Positions 47,667 through 56,004 of a stretch of 64,000 nt of DNA are shown here, piece after piece (position 1 is the stretch's first letter; each line of letters starts with the position of its first letter). A model generated the notes under the pieces. The model was not told where the DNA came from and did not search any database. It worked only from the letters and a program-made list of their open reading frames with translations. Position numbers and translations under genes: made by a program. Origin of the DNA: Flavobacteriales bacterium (GTDB taxonomy: Bacteria; Bacteroidota; Bacteroidia; Flavobacteriales; UBA7430); assembly GCA_002692065.1 (NCBI GenBank), contig NZJX01000011.1, forward strand, positions 115,555-179,554. The letters are read 5' to 3'.

Positions 47667-49991
47667 ATGGAAAATTTAAAATTTAATAAAAATAACAATA
47701 AATTTGCAATTAATTGGGCAAAGCTAATTATTAAAAATAGATTTTTAGTTTTAATTTTAACGCTTCTTATCACAGGATTTTTGGCAATAAACACAAAAAT
47801 GGAGTTTGAAGGAGACTATCATGCTTTTTTTAAAGGAACTAATCCAGAATTACTTGCCTTTGATGCCTTGCAAGAAAAATATACAAAAGATGATTTAATT
47901 CTAATAGCTCTTGCCCCAAAAAACAAGAATATATTTACCATAGAAAATCTAAATGCTGTAGAGTTTTTGACTAACAAATCTTGGAATGTTCCATTCTCGT
48001 CTAGAGTAAATTCTCTTACAAATTATCAACATACTAGAGCTGTTGGTGATGACCTATATGTTGAGGACCTTTGTTATAATGCTATTGGAAAAAATGAAGA
48101 TGAAATTAATCAAATAAAAAAAATTGCGTTAAAAGAGACACAGCTTGTTGACAGAGTAATTAACAAAGAAGGGACAGTGACAGCAATTTCAATAACATTA
48201 AAAATGCCTGATGGCAACGAAACACAAGATGTTGTGGATTTGATGGAGTATTACGATAATATGATCTTAAATTTCAAAAAAGAATTCCCAAATTTTGACG
48301 TCTACACTACTGGTAATATGCCATTAAGTTATTCTTTTTATCAACATTCTGTTAAAGATTTAGGTCTAGTCGCAGTGATGGTTTTGGTTGTAATGATAGT
48401 AACAGGTATATTGACCAGAAATATTTTCGCATTAATTTCAACTTTCTTTGTTTATTTGTTTTCTTTACTTTCAACTACGGGTTTTATAGGCTTGATGGGT
48501 ATAAAGTTAACAGGCCCCTCTGCAATTTTTCCTACAGTTATTTTAACATTAGCAGTAGCTGACAGTATTCATATCCTAGTAACTTATCTCCAAAAATTAA
48601 GAACAGAAGATTATGCTAAGAATGATGCACTTATTGAAAGTATGAGGTTAAATTTTATGCCTGTTTTCATCACAAGTTTGACAACAACAATTGGGTTTTT
48701 AACTTTAAATTTTTCAGAGGTCCCTCCATTTAATGATTTGGGCAATATTGTTGCCTTTGGAATGACAATGGCGTTCTTATTCTCTACTACATTATTACCA
48801 GCTTTAATGAGTATTTTTCCATATTGGAAGAAAGATAACACAAAAGAAAGACAAATTAGTGCTTGGTATACAAATTTTGCAAACTGGGTTGTAGCCCACC
48901 CTAAAAAGCTAACTGTCATCTCAATTTTTATAATAGCTGTTTTGGGATACATTTCTTCGTTTAACATAATTAATGACGAATATGTTGAGTACTTTGATGA
49001 ATCAGTTGAGTTTAGAGTTCATAGTGATTACGTAAATGATAATCTTACAGGGTTTTACAACATAGAATTTTCCATATCTAGTGGTGAGAGTGGAGGAATT
49101 AGCAACCCTTCTTATTTAAGAAAACTTGATGATTTCAAAAAATGGTTTGAAAAACAACCACATGTTGTCCATGTTAGAAGTTACAGTGAAGTTACAACAA
49201 GATTAAATAAATCTATGCATGGTGATGATGAATCATTCTTAAAAATACCAGAAACACGAGAAGAAGCTGCCCAATATTTACTTTTATACGAACTATCTTT
49301 ACCATTTGGGTTAGACTTAAATAATCAAATCAATGTTGACAAGTCAGAAACAAGATTTACAGCAATTTTGGAAAACACTTCTTCACGAGAAATTATTAAA
49401 TTATCTAATGAAGCTGAAAAATGGTTAAAAAATAATACTGAAAATCACATGCACGCTATTGCTGCAGGAATACCTTTAATGTTTGCAAATTTGGGGTTTC
49501 GACAAGCAAATGCAATGTTTAAGGGGAATATCTTGGCTCTATTAATTATCTCATTTATTTTAATTATAGCTTTAAGAAGTTTAAGGTTAGGCCTGCTAAG
49601 TATTATACCAAACGTAACACCCATTTTAGTTGGTTTTGGTTTTTGGGCAATATATAAGGGAACGATAAATGTAGGAATGGTTGTTGTTTTTGGAATGACT
49701 ATGGGGATTATTGTTGATGATACTGTTCACTTTATGAGTAAATTTTTGAGAGCAAAAAGAGAATATGGATATGATACAAAAAAAGCCGTCATTTACAGTT
49801 TTGAAACTGTAGGTAGGGCGCTTGTAATAACAACGGTAGTGCTCCTCATAGGTTTTGGGATTTTGGCAACATCAGCATTTGCAATTAATAGTCATATGGC
49901 AAGAATAACACTGGTCATCATTCTCTCTGCGTTAATAATTGATTTTATACTGCTACCTTCACTCTTAATACTAATTTCTAAAGAAAAATAA
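47667..49991 (+). CDS. RND-superfamily exporter of the COG1033/MMPL/HpnN type (two 6-TM sterol-sensing-like bundles)
   Basis: 774 aa. Repeated TM bundles, each followed by a large periplasmic loop. TLAVADSIHIL and GIIVDDTVHFM are the duplicated signature motifs. Confidence 0.8.
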   Translation: MENLKFNKNNNKFAINWAKLIIKNRFLVLILTLLITGFLAINTKMEFEGDYHAFFKGTNPELLAFDALQEKYTKDDLILIALAPKNKNIFTIENLNAVEFLTNKSWNVPFSSRVNSLTNYQHTRAVGDDLYVEDLCYNAIGKNEDEINQIKKIALKETQLVDRVINKEGTVTAISITLKMPDGNETQDVVDLMEYYDNMILNFKKEFPNFDVYTTGNMPLSYSFYQHSVKDLGLVAVMVLVVMIVTGILTRNIFALISTFFVYLFSLLSTTGFIGLMGIKLTGPSAIFPTVILTLAVADSIHILVTYLQKLRTEDYAKNDALIESMRLNFMPVFITSLTTTIGFLTLNFSEVPPFNDLGNIVAFGMTMAFLFSTTLLPALMSIFPYWKKDNTKERQISAWYTNFANWVVAHPKKLTVISIFIIAVLGYISSFNIINDEYVEYFDESVEFRVHSDYVNDNLTGFYNIEFSISSGESGGISNPSYLRKLDDFKKWFEKQPHVVHVRSYSEVTTRLNKSMHGDDESFLKIPETREEAAQYLLLYELSLPFGLDLNNQINVDKSETRFTAILENTSSREIIKLSNEAEKWLKNNTENHMHAIAAGIPLMFANLGFRQANAMFKGNILALLIISFILIIALRSLRLGLLSIIPNVTPILVGFGFWAIYKGTINVGMVVVFGMTMGIIVDDTVHFMSKFLRAKREYGYDTKKAVIYSFETVGRALVITTVVLLIGFGILATSAFAINSHMARITLVIILSALIIDFILLPSLLILISKEK

Positions 49992-49992
49992 T

Positions 49993-50763
49993 ATGAAAAA
50001 AATCATTGTAATACTTTTATTAATTCAAACGTTAAATTTATTTGCCCAATCTAATGAAAAGTTAGGTTTTGAAATTGCTCAAAAAGCAGTTTTAATGGAC
50101 CAAGGATTTAAAAGTCTATCAACAAAATTAAAAATGACATTAAAAAATAGAAATGGACAAACTAGTGAAAGGTTGTTAGAAAACAAAATATTAGAACAAG
50201 TCGAAGACGGAGATTTTTCATTAATAATATTTAATACCCCTAAAGATGTTAAAGGTACAGCAACTTTGACTTATACTCATAAAATCGGCCCAGATGATCA
50301 GTGGCTGTTTCTTCCAGCAGTTAATAGAGTGAAAAGAATATCCTCAAGCAATAAGTCAGGACCATTTATGGGGAGCGAATTTTCTTTTGAAGATCTTGCT
50401 TCTGCAGAGCTAGAGAAGTATTCCTATAAATTCATTTCGGAAAAAGATGACTTTAAAATCGTTGAAGCCTACCCTGTAGATGAAAAATCAGGATATAGTA
50501 AAAGAATAGTTTATTATAACTCAAAAAAAAATTACAGGGTTGAAAAAGTAGAGTTTTATGACAGAAAAGGTGATCATTTGAAAACACTTCGTTATGAAAA
50601 GTTTAATTTATATAAAGAAAAATTTTGGAGGGCAGATGTGTTTACAATGAAAAACCATCAAACTAACAAAGAAACAGTATTGGAGTTTAGTGATTGGAAT
50701 TTTGATGCAAATTTTTCAAGAGATGACTTTACTCAAGAAGCTCTCAAAAAAGCTGGAAATTAA
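49993..50763 (+). CDS. LolA-like 'outer membrane lipoprotein-sorting' family periplasmic protein
   Basis: Signal peptide. DDQWLFLPAVNRVKRIS and GPFMGSEFSFEDL are, from memory, hallmark motifs of the LolA_like family that pairs with COG1033 exporters. Lies 1 nt after the RND stop. Confidence 0.7.
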   Translation: MKKIIVILLLIQTLNLFAQSNEKLGFEIAQKAVLMDQGFKSLSTKLKMTLKNRNGQTSERLLENKILEQVEDGDFSLIIFNTPKDVKGTATLTYTHKIGPDDQWLFLPAVNRVKRISSSNKSGPFMGSEFSFEDLASAELEKYSYKFISEKDDFKIVEAYPVDEKSGYSKRIVYYNSKKNYRVEKVEFYDRKGDHLKTLRYEKFNLYKEKFWRADVFTMKNHQTNKETVLEFSDWNFDANFSRDDFTQEALKKAGN

Positions 50764-51939
50764 ATGACTAAGTACAAAATAAATTTATTTTTAGCTGTAG
50801 TTTTTCATGTAAAATTAATATCTCAAAATTTTAATTTTGATTCTGACATAAAAATCTCTGAAGAATTTAGGTATTTTTTTAATGAACCTTCTTTTCAGGG
50901 GCAAGAAGATTTTTTTCCATCATATTCCCTTACTCCCAAATTTAATATAAAATTTAAAGAAAATAATATTATTTTCAGAGGGTTTTTTAGACATGATAAA
51001 GATATTAGAAGAACACATGTCGATTTAAGAGAGTTTTATTATCAAACTTCGATTTCACAATATGATTTTTCAATTGGATATCACCAGATTTTTTGGGGTG
51101 TAGCTGAAAGTAATAATTTAGTTGATATTATAAATCAAAACGATGCAGTCGAATCGCCCTTTGGTAATGATAAGCTAGGACAACCATTATCCAAGTTCAC
51201 ATATTCATCAAAAAATACAGGAGTTTTTAGTTTTTTTTTAATGCCATTTCACAGAAAGATAGTTTTTCCTGGAAAGAAGTCAAGATTTAGATTTCCATTA
51301 GTTTTGAACAGGAATTTTATAAAGTATGAAGAAAATAATAAAAAATTAAAAAAAGATTTTGCTTTTAGGTGGAGCCATTATTTTGACATAGTTGATATTG
51401 GATTAAGTTATTTCAACGGTAATGGTCGTGAACCAATTTTTAATCGCAACACTTTTATGGCTTTTTATCCTATGATCAGTCAATTTGGCTTGGACTTACA
51501 ACTAACATTTGAAACATTCTTATTTAAGTTTGAAGGAATTAAAAGAACTGCAGATGTTCAAAGTTTTTACGCTCAAGTTGTCGGCTTAGAATATACACTT
51601 AACAATGTAAATGGTAACGGTTTAGATATTGGAATGATTTCAGAATATTCGTATGATGATAGAGGTGCTTTAGCCGTTAACTCTCTTCAAAATGATGTTT
51701 TTTTTGGTACGCGTTTTAATTGGAATGATTTTAGTGGGACAAGTTTATTAGTAGGATTATTGTCTGATATTAAATATAATTCACAGTCTTTTAGTTGTGA
51801 CTTTTCAAGAAGGTTTAAAGAAGTGTATAAGATAAATTTAGAATTCCAATATTTTTTAAATATTGATTCAAGAGAGCTTCTATTACCATTTTTTATTAAT
51901 GATCATTTCTTTAAAATTGAATTATCACAATTTTTTTAA
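50764..51939 (+). CDS. Putative outer-membrane beta-barrel protein, family unknown
   Basis: N-terminal hydrophobic segment, alternating amphipathic strands, aromatic C-terminus ...KIELSQFF. Its ATG abuts the upstream stop. Confidence 0.4.
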   Translation: MTKYKINLFLAVVFHVKLISQNFNFDSDIKISEEFRYFFNEPSFQGQEDFFPSYSLTPKFNIKFKENNIIFRGFFRHDKDIRRTHVDLREFYYQTSISQYDFSIGYHQIFWGVAESNNLVDIINQNDAVESPFGNDKLGQPLSKFTYSSKNTGVFSFFLMPFHRKIVFPGKKSRFRFPLVLNRNFIKYEENNKKLKKDFAFRWSHYFDIVDIGLSYFNGNGREPIFNRNTFMAFYPMISQFGLDLQLTFETFLFKFEGIKRTADVQSFYAQVVGLEYTLNNVNGNGLDIGMISEYSYDDRGALAVNSLQNDVFFGTRFNWNDFSGTSLLVGLLSDIKYNSQSFSCDFSRRFKEVYKINLEFQYFLNIDSRELLLPFFINDHFFKIELSQFF

Positions 51940-51945
51940 ATTGTG

Positions 51946-52632
51946 TTATTTTTGTCTTTTTTCTAATAAGATTTCAGTAAAATAGTTTAGTATTTTTTCA
52001 ACCTCTGAAACATCTTCCCCCTTTTTTGAAATTTCATTTAAGCTTGGAATGTGTCGGGCAAAATAAACTTGATTGTTGGACATTTCAAATAGGTTTGAGG
52101 CTAAAGCATTTGGATATTTGAAAGTAGGATTGATCTCTTTAATAATTTTGGAGACATAATTGACCAATGAAATATAACTGCTAAAAAATCCTTTTGAATT
52201 TTCATCATCTACCATCTTTGTGTGGTAGGCCTTACCTCCTTCAGAAATAACAATATTATGTAAAGCACTTTCATTAATAAACTCTGTGGAAGGGTTTTCT
52301 TTTTGTGCATGGAGAAAAGAGTGTAATATAATTTTTAATTTTATACTTGGAGCAGAAACATTTTTTGTATTAAATATTATTAGATAATTGACCCACTCCC
52401 AATACCAATTAAATAGGTATAGAAGCAAAATATGTTTATTTTTAAAGTATCTATAGATAGAAGCCTCAGTAGAATGAATTTCTTCAGCAAGTTTTTTAAA
52501 TGTAAAATCTTCAAAACCATTCTTGTCAATCAAAATAATACTGAGTTTGAGTATTTTTTTTCCTAGGGTTGAGTTTTGTGGCTCTTTTAAATATAACCCT
52601 TCGTTAACTGAAATCTTAATAGCAACACTCAT
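51946..52632 (-). CDS. TetR/AcrR family transcriptional regulator
   Basis: N-terminal HTH: FEDFTFKKLAEEIHSTEASIYRYFKNKHILLLYL. Confidence 0.8.
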   Translation of the reverse strand: MSVAIKISVNEGLYLKEPQNSTLGKKILKLSIILIDKNGFEDFTFKKLAEEIHSTEASIYRYFKNKHILLLYLFNWYWEWVNYLIIFNTKNVSAPSIKLKIILHSFLHAQKENPSTEFINESALHNIVISEGGKAYHTKMVDDENSKGFFSSYISLVNYVSKIIKEINPTFKYPNALASNLFEMSNNQVYFARHIPSLNEISKKGEDVSEVEKILNYFTEILLEKRQK

Positions 52633-52666
52633 TAATATTATTTTTTTAATAATGCGAGAAAGTTAC

Positions 52667-52703
52667 AAAAAATAGTTATACTAAAAAAAAAATAGTAATA
52701 CTA
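52667..52703. promoter_or_regulatory. Two copies of AAAAAATAGTwATACTA (52667-52683, 52687-52703), each with a TAGT-N3-ACTA dyad; candidate TetR operator
   Basis: Read directly from the sequence. 20-nt spacing, in the divergent tetR/sulP intergenic region. Confidence 0.35.
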
Positions 52704-52722
52704 TCAATAAATATAATTTTAG

Positions 52723-52730
52723 TATATTTG
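52723..52730 (+). promoter_or_regulatory. Candidate -7 box TATATTTG upstream of the SulP gene
   Basis: TAnnTTTG match 16 nt before the ATG at 52747. Confidence 0.4.
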
Positions 52731-52746
52731 AAAAAATTAAAATATA

Positions 52747-54279
52747 ATGTTATCAAATTTAAAAACTGATCTTCCAGCAAGTATTGTAGTGTTTTTTGTA
52801 GCTCTGCCTTTGTGTTTGGGAATAGCTTTAGCAAGTGGTGCGCCATTATTTTCTGGTTTAATAGCAGGAATAATTGGCGGAATAATTGTTGGCTTTATAA
52901 GTGGATCCTCTATTGGTGTAAGTGGCCCTGCAGCAGGTTTAGCCGCAATTGTTTTAACATCAATTGGTTCATTAGGGGGGTATGAAAACTTTTTATTAGC
53001 TGTTGTTTTAGCTGGTTTGATACAAATTTGTTCAGGTTTTTTAAAAGCTGGAATTGTTGCATACTATGTTCCTTCTTCCGTAATTAGAGGAATGCTTGCA
53101 GGAATAGGTATTATTATCGTAATTAAACAAATTCCACACTTTTTTGGATATATTAGTCCAGTTAATACAGATTTCACATTAGCAAATATTTTCAAATTTA
53201 TTACTCCAGGTTCATTAATTATTGGAATTGTATCATTGATTTTAATACTATTTTGGGATAATATATTATCAAAAAAAGCTAAAATATTTACAATAGTTCA
53301 AGGACCAATTGTTGCGGTAATATTGGGAATTTTATTTTATTTAGTAACTATATCTTCCGACACCTTAAGAATCTCTTCCAAATTATTAGTTTCGATACCT
53401 GTTCCAAAAAATATTTCTTCATTTTTAGGTCAATTCACTGCCCCTAATTTTAGTTTAATTTTTAGTTCAGACATATGGATTGTTGCTTTTACAATAGCTC
53501 TTGTAGCTAGTTTAGAAACTTTGTTGTGCGTAGAAGCTACTGATAAATTAGATCCAAATAAAAATATCACACCTACAAACAGAGAGTTGGTCGCTCAAGG
53601 TGTAGGAAATGTGTTTTCTGGATTGATTGGAGGTCTTCCTATAACGCAAGTAATTGTAAGAAGTTCAGCGAATATACAATCAGGCGGAAAAACTAAACTT
53701 TCTAGTATACTTCACGGTTTCTTTTTGTTAATATCAATAATGACAATTCCTGGATTATTAAATTTAATCCCTTTATCAGTTCTTGCATCAGTTTTATTTA
53801 TTGTTGGTTACAAGCTTGCTAAGCCCCAACTATTTTTAAAAATGTACAATTTAGGTTGGAATCAGTTTTTACCATATATATCAACGGTTTTAGGAATAGT
53901 ATTTATTGATTTATTGTACGGAGTTGGAATAGGAATGATAATAGGATTAGCTGCTACTTTAGTTAATACTTACAGAAATTCTCATGATTTAAAAATCACA
54001 AATCAAAATCAAGCAAATGAAAAAACTGTACTGACTTTGGCTGAAGAGGTTACTTTTTTAAATAAAGGAGCAATATTTAAAGACTTGCAAAATATAAAAG
54101 AAAATACCGTTTTAACAATCGATATCACTAAAACAAAGTATTTAGATTATGATTTGGTAGATGTTTTTGAAAACTTTAAGTCTAATTCAAAGGATAAAGG
54201 TATTACAATTGAAATAAAAACAAAGGAAAAAACTTTTACAGATCCTAAAAATTTTTCCAATATAATATATAAACAATAA
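52747..54279 (+). CDS. SulP family inorganic anion transporter with a C-terminal STAS domain
   Basis: N-terminus DLPASIVVFFVALPLCLGIALASGAP, about 11-12 TM segments, and a C-terminal soluble STAS-like region. Confidence 0.9.
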   Translation: MLSNLKTDLPASIVVFFVALPLCLGIALASGAPLFSGLIAGIIGGIIVGFISGSSIGVSGPAAGLAAIVLTSIGSLGGYENFLLAVVLAGLIQICSGFLKAGIVAYYVPSSVIRGMLAGIGIIIVIKQIPHFFGYISPVNTDFTLANIFKFITPGSLIIGIVSLILILFWDNILSKKAKIFTIVQGPIVAVILGILFYLVTISSDTLRISSKLLVSIPVPKNISSFLGQFTAPNFSLIFSSDIWIVAFTIALVASLETLLCVEATDKLDPNKNITPTNRELVAQGVGNVFSGLIGGLPITQVIVRSSANIQSGGKTKLSSILHGFFLLISIMTIPGLLNLIPLSVLASVLFIVGYKLAKPQLFLKMYNLGWNQFLPYISTVLGIVFIDLLYGVGIGMIIGLAATLVNTYRNSHDLKITNQNQANEKTVLTLAEEVTFLNKGAIFKDLQNIKENTVLTIDITKTKYLDYDLVDVFENFKSNSKDKGITIEIKTKEKTFTDPKNFSNIIYKQ

Positions 54280-54300
54280 TATCAATTAAATTTAAAAATT

Positions 54301-54762
54301 ATGATTACTAAAGACCAAATATTAAAAGCTCAAGAATCTTGGGGGAACGGCGTTGTTAAAATAGGTTCATTAATGGAGGATTTTAATGAATGTGAAATGT
54401 TTGCAATTAATTTTTTAGGTGAACATTACTCATTTGAATCAGGGGACATTTTATTTAAACCAACCAAGTGCGAATCACAACAATTTAGACCGACAATATT
54501 AGAAGCATTATCTTATTTTATTGCAGGAGAAAATAAAGCATGTGCTGAGGATAAAGGTTTTGCATTGAATCCATGGACTAAAGTTAGATTTGAAAATAGT
54601 GGTTTTATAATAGAGGATTCAAGAGCTATAGCAATGGGCAATTATTATTTTACAGATTTAACAGGAGTTGAAACAAAAGTAGAATATACATTTGGGTATA
54701 AACTATCAAATGGAGATTTAAAAATAGATTTACATCACTCCTCTTTACCCTTTAAAGCTTAA
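54301..54762 (+). CDS. NTF2-like small protein, candidate iota-class (COG4337-type) carbonic anhydrase
   Basis: 153 aa with no signal peptide. The N-terminus QILKAQESWGNGVVKIG and the C-terminal DLHHSS motif (nt 54733-54744) resemble the HHHSS signature reported for iota-CAs. Lies 21 nt downstream of the SulP gene. Confidence 0.45.
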   Translation: MITKDQILKAQESWGNGVVKIGSLMEDFNECEMFAINFLGEHYSFESGDILFKPTKCESQQFRPTILEALSYFIAGENKACAEDKGFALNPWTKVRFENSGFIIEDSRAIAMGNYYFTDLTGVETKVEYTFGYKLSNGDLKIDLHHSSLPFKA

Positions 54763-54765
54763 ATT

Positions 54766-55485
54766 TTAAAAATAGGTTTTATACGAGACAAACTTACTCG
54801 AAGATATTACAAATAATTCTATTGGAGTTTTTACCGATATATAAACATCTTTTTCATCGTATATAATTATAAAATCATTTTTTTTAATGGTCATATTATT
54901 TAGTTTAAAACTATTATTTAAACAATAAATTGAGTATACAAGAGTTTCAGGTACACGTAAAATCGTATACTTTGAAATTTTTAATTTGAAAATTTGTATA
55001 TTTTCAGAGTCAAGTTTTATTAGGGAGTTATTCCCAACATAATATTTCCTGTTACCATCAAATTTAAAGTTATTAGATTTGAAGTCTTGGTATTGAGGTG
55101 GAATGGTGATTGATTTAGAAATATTTGGATCAAACCAAATTTGAAATATAGAAGAATGTTTATGTAACTTTTCAGAATGGTAAATGCCTGATCCAGATTT
55201 AATTAATTGAACATCTCCTTTTTTTAATGTTAGCCATTTATTGATTTTTGTATCATAATGATCAATTGATCCACTTAATACAAAGGACATAATTTCAAAC
55301 CCTTTATGAGGGTGAAGACCAATGGTACTTTCGTTATTCGCCTCTGCAAACGCCCAATAAAATAAATTAGAGTATGGTTTAACAGGACCATTGTCTTGAG
55401 GGAAACCAATGGGTTTATTTTCAATTATTTCTCCATTGTTAAACTCTCCATAGGCTTGGCTCTTCTTGGGATAAATTTTGATCAA
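54766..55485 (-). CDS. Pirin family (bicupin) protein
   Basis: HPHKGFEIMSFVLSGSIDHYD matches the pirin metal-binding motif HPHRGFE...G...H.D. Confidence 0.85.
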   Translation of the reverse strand: MIKIYPKKSQAYGEFNNGEIIENKPIGFPQDNGPVKPYSNLFYWAFAEANNESTIGLHPHKGFEIMSFVLSGSIDHYDTKINKWLTLKKGDVQLIKSGSGIYHSEKLHKHSSIFQIWFDPNISKSITIPPQYQDFKSNNFKFDGNRKYYVGNNSLIKLDSENIQIFKLKISKYTILRVPETLVYSIYCLNNSFKLNNMTIKKNDFIIIYDEKDVYISVKTPIELFVISSSKFVSYKTYF

Positions 55486-55494
55486 AGCGAGTAT

Positions 55495-55908
55495 TTAAAT
55501 TTTTATATTCTGAGACCGAATTTTAGTTAGATTACTAATAAAACTTTTATGTTTTTTTGAATTTAAAATTTCTAAAGAAATAAGTTCATTTTCAATTTGA
55601 ATATCAAATTTATTTTTGCTTGACTGGAAGGTAATTTGATTCAACCTTCCAAAAATAGCATATTGATCATTTTTAAATCTAAAAAACATAACTAGGCCTT
55701 TTTTTCTAATCTCAAAATTTGCATAAACAATGGAATTGTAATTACTAATTTCACTTAGTGTTGTTTTTGTGAAAATGTTTTTAATTCTATATCTTAGTGA
55801 CCCAAAAACCCCGTAGCTAAATTTTTCAATTAGATTAAATGATTTCCCGCAAACTTCTTGAATTTCAAAAAATTTAGATTTAGAATCAATACTTGTTTTT
55901 AAAATCAT
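55495..55908 (-). CDS. Hypothetical protein, probably co-transcribed with the pirin gene
   Basis: 137-aa ORF with a 9-nt gap to the pirin gene. No motif recognised. Confidence 0.4.
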   Translation of the reverse strand: MILKTSIDSKSKFFEIQEVCGKSFNLIEKFSYGVFGSLRYRIKNIFTKTTLSEISNYNSIVYANFEIRKKGLVMFFRFKNDQYAIFGRLNQITFQSSKNKFDIQIENELISLEILNSKKHKSFISNLTKIRSQNIKI

Positions 55909-55947
55909 TATGAGAGATTTAAATTTTGATGTTGATAAAAAAGTAAT

Positions 55948-55955
55948 TACTTTTG
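55948..55955 (+). promoter_or_regulatory. Candidate -7 box TACTTTTG upstream of the cupredoxin-FAS1 gene
   Basis: TAnnTTTG match 49 nt upstream of the ATG at 56005. Confidence 0.3.
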
Positions 55956-56004
55956 CAAAACTTTATACAAATGTATAACATTAACTAAAAAAATATATAC
56001 AAAA

